DNA of 64,000 bases from Lineus longissimus (taxonomy: Eukaryota): the NCBI RefSeq assembly GCF_910592395.1, contig NC_088308.1, positions 1-64,000 on the forward strand, given 5' to 3'. Within the stretch, counting starts at the first letter, position 1; each line of letters starts with the position of its first letter. Positions 38,556-51,400 of the stretch are shown here, in pieces. The notes under the pieces are model-generated. The model saw only the letters and a program-made list of their open reading frames with translations. It did no database searches and was not told where the DNA came from. A program made the translations under genes and the position numbers.

Positions 38556-41206
38556 ATGGGCGCCAAATGGTTAGGAGTAGTAACCGCTTTCATAATCTGT
38601 TACATCGGCTATGCCTGGATCGACCGATTTGACCAGAGTAAGTTGGTTTTGACTCTTGAATCGTTGTTGCGAATCTCATTGCTATGCAACTTACCTCCTC
38701 ACATGGTAAGGTCAGCAGCTTACACGGTTGTTCCATGGGATATCTTCGCCTTGACGACTGCGGACATACGGCATAAGCAGTGACAATGGGATAGTGCTTC
38801 AGCCAAAATGGAAAAGAAGTCCGTGCATCCCATGACCAGTGTGGTTTGTCCCTGTGAATACCCCATCTACTCAGCGGAGTTTGCTCCACTCAATAGTAAC
38901 ATCCACAGTTCTCACTCTATTAGCGTCTCCTGTGTCGTTTTAGAGTTTGTGCGAGGTAAGCGCGTCCTGGTGACCGGAGCCAGCGCAGGGATCGGAGAGA
39001 GTGTAGCTTACCACTACGCGAGGATGGGAGCAACGGTCCTGGTTTCAGCAAGGAGAGAAGCCCTGCTCAAAAAGGTACCTTTTGTCCAGGGAAACGGACT
39101 CAATTCCAAGCAACTCATGTTTCTCACACGGAAGGGGTCGGTGTTTTGCTAGCCATGGCATGGCACCAGGTGCACGAAAAGAACTCATGCATCCATCGGA
39201 GAAGTGACATTACACTGGCTGCATCACAAGCGATGTGTGCGTGTTCAATAAGTTCCCCAAGATGGTCGAATTATGAATCAGACATGACTTTAGACCACGT
39301 TGCTCCAGACGGTCAAGGCCTCCACCACCATGTTACTAAGGTAACTTTAACTCCTTTTGCCAGGTTGTTGCCAAATGTCAGGAACTGAGTGGTGGAAAGG
39401 AACATTACTACATTACATCGGACATGTCTAAACTTGAAGACACGGAGAACGTTATAAAGGTAAGACCATGTTGTCTAACATGTATCTTACATGTTATGGA
39501 CGGTCTTGTACAATACATTATCATCCCTTGGTGATAGGGGTTGTGAGTAATCACGACAGAGTTGAAGAATTGTTTCATTCGGAAAATGCACGGCCGGTTG
39601 ACGAGATCCAAATTCCAGTCACGGCCCTGCAGCACATAAGTTTCCGCCGAATCTATATCACGCACTCACAAGTACTACTTCCTGAAAGAATCGGCGAAAA
39701 AGTTGATCCATGCAGCTGGGTCAACTTTGAGAGCTTTATATGACTTAGTAAGATTGTTTGATATCTTCAGGCAGCTGAGACCATGCTCGGTGGACTTGAC
39801 ATCCTCGTGTTGAATCACATCGCACCTTACACGATGGGATACTGGACAGGCAGAGACAATCTCACAACCATTAACTATAAGACAACCGTCAACTTCTTAT
39901 CCTACGTCCACCTGTTCTCCCACGCGCTGCCCTTATTGAGAAAGTCACCAGGGAGTAGTGTGGTCGTCGTCTCATCTCTGCTGGGTGAGTAGAAAGGATC
40001 GTCGATTGGCCTTCCGAAGACGGAGTCACTTGGCCAAAAGCTTATAAATCGTCCACAAAATCACTTAACGCGCCTAAGAGGAGAAATAATAGCCGGATAA
40101 TCACATCTCCAAGTGCGGGGCGAACACTAAAGTAGAAGAACCCATCAAGCACTGGCGGGGTCCTTCCATCCAAGCCTGGTGTGCGCAGAAACTGATTTCC
40201 TTATGTCATGATACTTTACCAAAACCACGGTGGTCGTGCACAACTGAGGCTCAACTGAGGTTCAAGCACATCGGTCTTTCCTTTATTGAGGCGACAATAC
40301 AAGCGTTGGATGACTGTGCCAACTTTCATCTGATCCCCTATTTATTCACACACTTGACAAGTTTCCTTGGCTCTCCCGTCCAGAGCGACTACGCAGCGAC
40401 CAAGTTTGCTATAAACGGTTTCTTCACAAGCCTCAGAGGAGAGTTTCACCTCCAAGAAGATGATATCTCCATTACAATATGCTATTTGGGACCAATCGGT
40501 TAGTAGCTAGAAATGTCTCTAGATCAGAGCTACCCCGAAGTCACTGGGTCTTTATTGCACCGAGTAAGAAATGAGAAGGGGCGAAATGGGAATAAGGGGC
40601 GAAATGGAAATAAGGGGCGAAATGGGATAGGGACGAATTCGCTAGGGACGAATTCGCTAGGGGCGAAATGGAAATAGATGGGGGAAATGAGAAGGGTCAA
40701 AGTGGGAAGGGGCGAATTAGTCGCACACAATTTTCTGTCCCATCACCAAGGCCCGTCCACTTGGCACGTCACGGTCAAGTTTGGAGAGAGAGATGACCAG
40801 GGTCCTCGATTGACGACGTGGCGATCTAAGGCTGCAGCTAGGGGGCCGGTTGCAGCCCCATCTTCATTCCTCAATATTAATGTTTTTGTGCTCGGATAAA
40901 CAAGTAAGTGATGGACACCTCTTTCTTCTCTTCTAAGCCACCAAGATGGGACTAGCAATTCTGGCGAACCGAGGTACATTTGGTCCCAAAGTCTTTGAAG
41001 ACATGGTTCTAATGGACCAAGACGAAGCAGCCCTCGCAGTCGTCAAATCAGCAGCGATAAAGGAAAACGAACTTTACTATCCATATCTAATTAAACTTTG
41101 TACTTTCCCTGGCATGAAGGAATTAGCAATACGAATGAGTTATTCAGGATTCAAGCAAGCAGTGGAGAACACGAAGTATAACAGATATGTCCACTCAGGC
41201 AAATAA
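38556..41206 (+). CDS. HSD11B1L: 11-beta-hydroxysteroid dehydrogenase 1-like short-chain dehydrogenase, ~309 aa
   Basis: Exons 38556-38637 (N-terminal TM), 38944-39074 (GKRVLVTGASAGIG), 39364-39459, 39771-39984 (GGLDILVLNH, VNFLSYV, VVSS), 40361-40498 (YAATKFA) and 40938-41206. AATAAA lies at the stop. Intron 4 ends in AA rather than AG. Confidence 0.88.
40570..40700. repeat. GGGGCGAAATGGGAATA-type short repeats, likely internal to a transposon remnant
   Basis: About 7 variants of GGG(G/A)CGAA(A/T)T in SDR intron 5. Confidence 0.6.
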
Positions 41207-42161
41207 ATAAAGTGTATCAAAATATTGTTATGTCATGACTGGTATAAGCCCGACAGTATGCGTTACACTTCGGACAGAGTGGACTAGCCTCGTCCGGTCG
41301 CTTGGTACTAGGAAAGATGGTCAGGATGACGAAATGCATAGGAGTCTAGTGCACGTAGGTCCATAGACCCCTCTCTTCACAGGATGAGTAGGTCTACAGA
41401 ACAAGCTTGGTACGGTCTTGCTGCATGCATCTTGGCGGGGCAACTGAGAAGCATTGTGATCACTACGTTGCCTAGAATGACCTGTGTCCTAATAATTCTC
41501 CTTGCCGACTTGCCGGCAGTTAATACAATGACGGTAGATCGGCATGACAACTCTCAGGATTCATGGACATCCCTCCTGGCTGTCTCCAGGATGATCAGCC
41601 GAGCAGACGGATGACACAATATCAAGGCGAGGACAGGATGTTTGCCCCCCCCCCCCCCCGACCACGGCTGCAATCGGATGCCACCATCATGTTAGGCCTA
41701 CGAACTAAGCACATTTCGACAAAAGAGACACAATCTCGGGGTTTAACAGACATGTCGTAGCCTAACACGAGCGAGCCCGAGTTATACAGGGTGTCCCAGA
41801 AAAAAGGGAATCCTGTGAAAAAGGGTTAATATGACCAACTCGAGAGTCATATCACTATAGCAATGGGTTTTCCATAAAATAGGAGCAATATGCTTTCCAA
41901 TGACACCTTGATGACATTGCTCCGATCACGCATCACTGATCAGTTCACTGCGTCCGGAGTGTAAGTTTTCCCGAATTTCCAGGCAAAGTCGGACGGTTTG
42001 CCCCAACTCCCGGTTACAGCGGAATGAGTCAATCCATGTTTATCAATAATCACGGCCTACACGGAAATAGTAAAAAAGTCTATCAACAGAAAATAAAAAA
42101 TCTAGAATTCACACATTGGTGCATAATTCTATTTATTCCAGCTTTTATCACATATTTCAAC

Positions 42162-44095
42162 ATGCCGAAGGTGAAAAGAAGTAAGAAACCGCCACCAGAT
42201 GGTTGGGAACTCATCGAACCGACTTTGGACGAATTGGATCAGAAAATGAGAGAGGGTAAACGTGCAAAAATGATATGGCAAATTTTGCAAAAATATTTGT
42301 TTCTGTCTTCCTTGTTTCTTTATTCAAAATACGCATGTATGACGTACACAAGTATATGGATGAACCTGTTTACGGTTATAAGCCCAAGGGCAACAGTAAG
42401 TAATTACAATGAACAATATCGAATCGATTAGATATCGATCCTCCAATGTAAGGCAAGAGTTTGCTTACGAACAGTGTCTGACATGTCAGAGGTAGGCCTA
42501 CAATGCCATGGCAAATTGGCAATGCTGTACAGGTCACTGATGTACACAAAACTCGCTTATCTAGAGGAATTAAATAACCTAACTTGAACGATGAAAACAT
42601 ATATTCAACACATGATCACATCAACAGTTCTAAATTATCTGTTTTCGACTTGATGTAAAAAGGAAAAAAATCACAAAAAGTTGAGAATATTTTGTCATGA
42701 CCATGTGACCAAATATTCTTTTTTTAAATAATTTCTCTTTTGAAATGATTTCAGCTGAAACAGATCCTCATGAAGGCAAACGAAAGGTAGAAGCTCTGTG
42801 GCCAATTTTTAAGATCCATCATCAGAAGTCTCGCTACATTTATGATCTATTCTATAGAAGGCATGCTATCAGTAGAGGTGAGATATAGCTTTACTTTAAA
42901 AGGCATGCTATCAATATCAGTAGAGGTGAGATATAGCTTCACTTTAAAAGGCATGCTATCAGTAGAGGTGCGATATAGCTTTACTATAGAAGGCATGCTA
43001 TCAGTAGAGGTGAGATATAGCTTCACTTTAGAAGGCATGCTATCAGTAGAGGTGTGATATAGCTTTACTATAGAAGGCATGCTATCAGAAGAGGTGAGAT
43101 ATAGCTTTACTATACAAGGCATGCTGTGACATTGATGATTGGTGATAAGCTGACTACCTGGGCAAATCATGATGATTAATGTCAGTCCGATGAACGGAAA
43201 TACATGTACCTTCAGTAAGCAGCAAGTTTTGCCTTTGAATGTGCAGTAATTGGTTGACAAAAGCAATATAATTCCTCCATGTTTGGCACAGACTCTGCAG
43301 TAACTATATAACCTGGTAAAACTCTATTCTGACTTATTTGGTCTTGTTCCAATTTCAGAATTGTATGATTATTGTCTCAAAGAGAACATTGCCGACAAGA
43401 ACCTCATAGCCAAATGGAAGAAGCAGGGATATGAAAATCTGTGTTGCCTACGATGCATTCAAGCCAGAGATACAAACTTTGGAACGAACTGTATTTGTCG
43501 GGTCCCGAAAGCCAAGTTGGAGGAAGTAAGTGGTAGACAACCTGAGAAACAAAAAATTGTTTGACACATTGGCATTCTTTCAATCATTTGACCTAATCAG
43601 TTCGGCAATAGTTTGCAGTTGTATCCTTCTATTCTACAGTTCTAAATTGTGAGATGGAACTTCCGGAATTTTGAAATAGTCAGTTGAGACTTGAGCGTCA
43701 TATCACTGTAAACAATATTGGGTGATCTGAAATGTAATGAAGAAGAAAACCGAACGTCCCACAGAAAACCTACACTGTCGAAGAAAGTTGCCCTCTGTAT
43801 CATATACATCAGTCAAGTGTCCTTGGAGCGGGACTGACCTGGAATCTAACCCGGAATTTCGGGGGTTACAGGTGCTGATGTTTCCACTGCACTACTTAAC
43901 TCTGACAGTTCTTTATGTAGACTTTATTTCTGTACTTCAAGAGAGGTATTCAGAATTGCAAGTGTTAATGGTGCCAACCTCGGATTTGCCTGGATCAGGA
44001 TATCAAATGAACGTCTTTTAAAATCTCATTATTTTCTTTTACAGGGCAAGATTGTTGAATGCGTACATTGTGGATGTCGTGGATGTTCAGGATAG
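42162..44095 (+). CDS. BUD31: Protein BUD31 homolog (G10), 144 aa splicing factor
   Basis: Exons 42162-42255 ([22 protein letters not shown]), 42755-42877, 43359-43525 ([20 protein letters not shown]) and 44045-44095 ([11 protein letters not shown]); 435 nt. Confidence 0.97.
42853..43125 (+). repeat. 42-bp minisatellite made of the BUD31 exon-2 end plus its splice donor, ~6.5 copies
   Basis: Unit TATAGAAGGCATGCTATCAGTAGAG|GTGAGATATAGCTTTAC. Confidence 0.95.
43720..43897 (-). mobile_element. Degenerate tRNA-derived SINE
   Basis: B-box-like GGGTTAGATTCC on the minus strand, plus an AAAACCGAACGTCCCACAGAAAACCTAC segment typical of SINE bodies. Confidence 0.4.
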
Positions 44096-45896
44096 GACTC
44101 AAAAAGGACTTTATTTGACAGAGGAAGTCCCACAAATCTGAAGGCTGAAATAGCAGCCTAACGCCTGCTTGTTGAAATGGAAAGTAACACTCAGGCTGTT
44201 GCAATAGCAACCACCATTTATGTGTTATTTGCATTGGCAATCCGATTGTGGTTGGTTGCAAGTCTAGTGGAGTATGTTAATGAGAAATGTTTCTGTACGG
44301 ACGTATGTCGCCTCCATAAGTGAATAATGGTACTGGTATCTTGATCGACTACATTGCTTTGATTTAAACCACAGCTGGTCGTTCTTTTGGGTGAAAAAAT
44401 CCAGAGCACAAATTGTTCTTTTATGCAGGGTTCAGCTGTATTGTTTTTCACATCTTTCTATTATCAGGCCATTTCACTCGATACATACTTACTGCCTGTT
44501 TTACGAAATCAGTTGAATGGGGAAGTCAGTTGTATGTGACTTTATTCTACCATGGTTGACCTTCCAAGATGTTTAAATGTTGTCTGATTGGTAGTATGGC
44601 AGAAAAGGTTGAGGACCATGTGTCCACAGAGTTTTTAAAAGATTTTATGAGTGGACATTTGAAAACATGTCAACTATCAGTGTATTTCAAATTTGTGGCA
44701 GTGAATTATGAAATGTTCTACAAGCTGGTATTGAGGAGACCAGAGGGAAGAACGTCAATGAAGTCGATCATTGATGAAATCTTGGAAGTGCACTGTTGAA
44801 CAACAAATATTGAAAATCTAAGGGAAATAGGGAGTGGAATGCAGGTGATTTCCACCAAATTGACTGAACATGAATTGAAAAAAATAAACTATTTTATATG
44901 AAAATTGTCCATGTTTTAATCTTCTTCACTACCTTCCTCAGACCAACCATTGATTTGGCTCTTCGCGACCCGGAATATTAGAGAAGCAGTTACTCGACTT
45001 GCAAGTATTCCTTCTGGGGGTCGGCTCCCATACTACCAAGCCTCTTGAAGTAGAAATGTATCCTGGGTGTGGGGTCACTCCATGGAGATGTCTTCATTCG
45101 TGAGAGAATAAGCAGATGAGCAATTTCAATAACCAGATTTTACTGCGTGATCCGCAAGTGGGCAGGTATTTTTAGTTTAACACCGTTGGCAGCTTTCAGG
45201 CTTCCCCTCTCAATTTAATCTGGTTAGTGTATGTTGGCTGGCACCTGTTCAGTCAGATTTCAACGATACTGTTGGAGCTATGGAACCCAATGTGTGGAGC
45301 TTGCTTGGTAAGAAAGTGTCAAGATCCCCCCCCCCTTCCACACAGCCTGCATCTCTCTAAACACATCCACCACACAGCAACAGACACTTGTAAGGACAAG
45401 GCTGTAATGTCACTCGACATGACTGGCTTTCTCTGCATTCACTTCATCATGCCATTGGGTAATCCTAGTGATTCAAGTCTTCAGCTGGAAACATAATGAA
45501 GCTATGTGCTTGCCCTGCAAGACTCATTTCTACAATGCCCCACAGTGGTGTATTGGACATGTTGGCTCATGATGTTCATTCTGCAAGAAAGTGGATATTC
45601 ATTAACACGTGCAAGACGGTGCTATAAAAAAGACCTCTGGTCACCTTAAAGGAGAGAGAACAAACAAGAGCTCTGCAAAATGACTTGTATTTTATTCATC
45701 ATGATAATAGTGTTATTGACCAGAAGAACTAGTGATGCAAACAGACATTCCTTCCTTTCACATGAACCCACATCAAAACTGTCGCAGAGTATGTTTCACT
45801 CATGCGGTCAAAAAAACATCTTCATCATGGAAACTTGTAGTCCACATCAATATTAATACCACCATTTTGAGGGTTGCTCATAGATCGACTGTTTAA

Positions 45897-46231
45897 AGGG
45901 AACTGAAACCGCCAAGCCAGTTCGTATGACCTCGTTTTCAATTCCCGCGTATCCGGTGATCAGAACGAGGCATGAATGAAACATGGCGCCTAGCTGTCAA
46001 TCATTGAGTGACGTCACTACTATGGAATTTACTACGAAAACTCATGAATGAAAGATCGCATGACTCACGTGATTCTCACCTGATTCTCAATAATAACAAA
46101 TTGAACTGCGCATGCTCGGGCACTGGGGGCGGAGCTACAAATCTGAACTCGAATAGGAAGTTGGCAGTTTGACTTTCTCGGGCGGTGAAAGTGGAAAAGT
46201 TGAATAAATCGCTCGGCGGTTCCAGTTCCCT
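45897..46231. mobile_element. Kolobok-type MITE
   Basis: TTAA|AGGGAACTGAAACCGCC ... GGCGGTTCCAGTTCCCT|TTAA. Confidence 0.85.
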
Positions 46232-46486
46232 TTAAGCAGCAGTGCATGTACTTATTTGATGTGGTCTAGCTGATATCATAAAATACATGTACAACTGTGT
46301 GCTGATCATGCAAAATATCTTGGTTGTTCCAGAGAAAGCTGGCTACATGCATCATACAACCATATAGTTGGCCAATGTCCCAACCAAGTCCACAATGCCA
46401 CCAAGTGATTAGTGGCTAATAGGTAATTCCAAGTACATGGAGTTGGCTGAGAACAGTGAAAGACATTCCCAGCTTGATTGGTCCAC

Positions 46487-46775
46487 AAATGGAGCACACC
46501 CACATGCGTGTGACATGCTCTATAATGGAGCACACCTACATGTGTGTGACATGCTCAATAATGGAGCACACCCACATGCGTGTGACATGCTCAATAATGG
46601 AGCACACCCACATGCGTGACAAGCTCAATAATGGAGCACACCTACATGTGTGTGACATGCTCAATAATGGAGCACACCTACGTGTGTGACATGCTCAATA
46701 ATGGAGCACACCTACATGCGTGTGACATGCTCAATAATGGAGCACACCTACGTACATGTGTGTGAAATGCTCAAT
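46487..46775. repeat. 37-bp minisatellite, ~8 copies
   Basis: Unit AATGGAGCACACCTACATGTGTGTGACATGCTCAAT(A). Confidence 0.95.
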
Positions 46776-48440
46776 ATAACCAAATTTTTAAATAGTCTAT
46801 GTAAACAATAATAGATCTGAAATGTACAATGGCCAAGAAGGTAATGGTTGCATTGATTTGAACTGATATTCCACGAGTAGTTTGGAAGTTGCGCATACTG
46901 TGAATCATTTAATATGATGCACCATTAATTTAACCCTTTTAAAGATACATGTACATTGTACTTGTGCTTACCACCAACTCACTGAAGCGATAACAGGCCT
47001 CAGAACAAAACTATCACATTGCACTAGCACCTACTTTGACAACTTAAAGTAAAGTTTGTTCTGATTACATTGACAGGAAACCAAGGTGAAACTAATTCCA
47101 CCATTGATCAGATTTCTTCAGCAGACGACACCACGGCAGGATACAGCAGGTAGCACATTCATTGGCGACTCATTCAAATGTTGAAGCAAAGGTGTCATTT
47201 GAATAGTTTGTGTTAAAGTTTGTGTTAATGAGCAAAGTTGAAATTGCCCTTCAAATATCAAGCCGGTAAAATGGTGCATAGATGTATGGCATCTGGATTT
47301 CGCTGAACACCTAACTTTTTGCCAAACAGTAAAATCCCATCCCATTAATACTGATCAGGGCCACGCCAGATAGGCCAGGCTGAACAGAGTTGAATGTCAA
47401 CCAGGCATGCTATCCTACAGTCTTATTATCATAGCTAACTTCTCAACAAATCAAGGCCACCTTACTACAACTAACTACAATCCAAACTGATAGATGAATA
47501 ATCTTTCAAGCAATATTTGTGTTTATAATTTAACAATACGTATAGATATCTGACCAACACTAGCACATAACAACTCCTTCACCAAATGCCTTACACCCTA
47601 TAACAAACATGGATCAGTCAAGCCGTACACAGGTAAGACACAATGAGCTGAAGCTCATCCATGATAATATCATTCACATGGTTGCAATAACATTTTGACA
47701 ACCGATAACAACACACAGTAAGTTGCCAATCACGCTGCAAAGAAAAAAACAAGTTGGTTGTCAAATGGCTACTAACTGATTTCGTTTTACTTCGATGCTT
47801 TACAGAAAGAGGAATATCTTCTACACCTTCCAAAAGATAATCATCTATTCAAAAACAACCATGCAAAAAAACTTTAAAAACTTTGCAGATCATAACGTCA
47901 GAAGATAGATTCGATCTCCCAAACTTGTTCATAAAATAATTTTAAAGCTTTCAGCCAAGAAAAGAACCCTCTAAAGAATAGCACCACCTATGCAGGTCAA
48001 TGATTAAACTGCTGAGTTAGGGATCCACATGTCGCGGACATGAACGAGAGAAAATCAGTATGCCATATCCACACCTAACCACACTGAACTTCATAAAGCT
48101 GTGATGATGACACGACCTTTAAGAAAGTTTGTTTTCAGTCACACAACTTAAATTCACAAGGATGGCAACTTGAGTGAGACTTCGGTCGGATTTTCACTCA
48201 CCAACTACAAGGGTTTAGATAATCCTGTGCATAACCCACATAACTGAAAATTAGACTCAGCTCAAACAAATAACATGTTTCCATCCTCAATCAACATATT
48301 AATAACTGCCACACTGAGAGGATATTTATAAGTCTAGAAAGTTTACATATCTCCTCAAGCAGAATTTCTGAGGTAAAAATACAAAAAACCATGATATAAA
48401 TATGTAGCATAAAATAAACACTTGATATCAAATGAGGATG

Positions 48441-51400
48441 CTATTCCACTGAGACTTTCCATCCTTCGTTTATGAAACACATCGCAAAATATAATCTCGG
48501 TGGATCTATCATCTCCTTCATGATGCCACCTAAAGCGAATGGATTTCCACCAGAGCTGATCATAGGACTTTCAACATCTTTCAGCTTCCAATCCACTGTA
48601 ATTTCTCGCTCTCCCGTTTCTATGGTAACACGTACTTTGTATTGATTCAAAAGTTCAGTTTGAATGGTCAGCGTTGAGCCTTTCACTAAAGCTGGCAGTT
48701 GGTTGACAATCTCCTGACCTTCCACATGGACTTTTCCTGAAACATCAAGAGTCTTGAGTGAGCATTTCAAACTAACATCGGGTAAGTATTTCATACCAAC
48801 ATAGACCCACGTTCATGTCACTTTTTGTTGTAAAGGAGTCAAGATGAGGTGAAGTGAACAACATACCGCCATGTGTGGACAGACTACATGTTTTGCCCTT
48901 TCATACCAAGGTGATAACACTACAGGCCACATGAATTGCTCCATGAATAATCAAGTGAACTTGTGTCAACCCTGTGAGCCTTCAAGGCTATTGCTAGACA
49001 ACCTACCAAGCATTGATATACACAGCACACCAGGCCCTCCCAGAATTTCTCTCTGCTTGTCAGAAATGCATAATCCAATGGCATCATTAGGGTCTGGTAC
49101 ACCAATATCTATTATCTTGAAACAGATCTGATGACCACAGATATAGCTATTTTCTTTGGAATACAGGACTAGTGGACAGCAAGGCGTTTCTTTAGTACCA
49201 AACATATTATCAACAGTTGTATAGTAGCCTTCACTGTGATTCTGCCATTCTGAAAATAAACAAGAAATTGGAGAAATTGGAGAGGGATCATGAAGTTGAG
49301 CAGTTCATATTTTGTTTATTTCATTGAAATGCAATCAGACTTGAGCATTGGCCAACTCACACCTTAACAGGTTAATCACAGCAATTATTTGATCATAAAA
49401 TTGAGAGAAACCAGCTTGATTTTCAGTTCTGTTTCTTCTGGCCATGTCGGTAGCTGATGCGAGGTCAGAGCAATGCTGTGGTGAGTGGGCTCACGCAATA
49501 CAGGCCATGTCGGTAGCTGATGAGAGGTCAGAGCAATGCTGTGGTGAGTGGGCTCACTCAATACAGGCCATGTCGGTAGCTGATGAGAGGTCAGAGCAAT
49601 GCTGTGGTGAGTGGACTCACTCAATACAGGCCATGTCGGTAGCTGATGAGAGGTCAGAGCAATGCTGTGGTGAGTGGGCTCACTCAATACAGGCCATGTC
49701 GGTAGCTGATGAGAGGTCAGAGCAATGCTGTGGTGAGTGGACTCACTCAATACAGGCCATGTCGGTAGCTGATGAGAGGTCAGAGCAATGCTGTGGTGAG
49801 TGGACTCACTCAATACAGGCCATGTCGGTAGCTGATGAGAGGTCAGAGCAATGCTGTGGTGAGTGGGCTCACTCAATACAGGCCATGTCGGTAGCTGATG
49901 AGAGGTCAGAGCAATGCTGTGGTGAGTGGGCTCACGCAATACAGGCCATGTCGGTAGCTGATGAGAGGTCAGAGCAATGCTGTGGTGAGTGGACTCACTC
50001 AATACAGGCCATGTCGGTAGCTGATGAGAGGTCAGAGCAATGCTGTGGTGAGTGGGCTCACTCAATACAGGCCATGTCGGTAGCTGATGAGAGGTCAGAG
50101 CAATGCTGTGGTGAGTGGACTCACTCAATACAGGCCATGTCGGTAGCTGATGAGAGGTCAGAGCAATGCTGTGGTGAGTGGGCTCACTCAATACAGGCCA
50201 TGTCGGTAGCTGATGAGAGGTCAGAGCAATGCTGTGGTGAGTGGACTCACTCAATACAGGCCATGTCGGTAGCTGATGAGAGGTCAGAGCAATGCTGTGG
50301 TGAGTGGACTCACTCAATACAGGCCATGTTGGTAGCTGATGAGAGGTCAGAGCAATGCTGTAATGTAGGGACTCACTAAATACCAAGATACCACTATCTT
50401 ACCATGGTGATGTAGACTCGTTGATGCAACTACACTCTTGCTCCAAGGGCTCCACCTGCCCTTGTTATCACCACGACATGACACCCTGAACGTATATGGC
50501 CGGTTTGGTTTGAGATTCCTCACAATAGACGATGTATTAGGGCCTTGGTAAACATCACAGAAATTGCCATTGTTGTTTTCAGTCTCAGTAAGATTACCCG
50601 ATCCGTACTGAACCAAAAATTCACATACATCAATATCTTCATCAATCTGAAGGGAAGAAAAGATGAGAAACATCAAAGAATGAGCAAGCAGTTTTAGAAC
50701 AGGTTTGAGTACAAGAGAGATAGCCATGTCAGTTGGATTAACTTGTAGGCAGTCACCTCAAGGTGTCATTATGCCATCAGATTACATACCATTTTTAAGA
50801 ACAGCAAAAATATCCTGAATAAAGATTGAAAAGTTTGGCTTGGATACATAAATCTACACATGATTGGTGTATCCTGTCAACAAATATGGTACAGTAGGCA
50901 AATATAACAATCGTTGATTTCTACACAACATGTTTTAGTCCAATTCCAAAGGCCTGACACCAGGGTGTGTTCAGCGTCTCTGACTGCATGGCATGTTTGC
51001 CCCCTTACCTCAGCCCAAGTTAATAATAAAGCACCAGGTCTTTCCTCGACATCAGTTATATGGACAGGTGGCTTCGACATGACGATTCCATGTTGTGATA
51101 TACTCTGTACGGCATCGGAGAGCACATGGCTTGGCAGGTCAACACTGATGCAGGCGATGCTTGAAAGACTAGGAGCTTCAGGCAGGCTGGAAAGAAATTC
51201 AGCTCTTTAAAAATATACCTTTGAAAAAGTTTTGAATGTATCTGATAGGTCAGCATGGCAAAAATGGGATGAAGCAGAGAACAACATGTTATTGGGAAAC
51301 CATGGAAACCTTTTCACTGAGATTACAATAACATGAGAAATCACCAAATCAAGGCAAGCTATACTAAAGTATTCAATGTTCAACCAGACATAAGTCCTTG

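Noticed and set aside
44900..47500. Additional gene between BUD31 and CRLF3
   Set aside because: Only isolated splice-like signals; no coherent ORF or recognisable protein.
49385..50386. 333-aa and 311-aa repetitive ORFs
   Set aside because: By-products of a 60-bp unit in CRLF3 intron 5; not in frame with the upstream exon.
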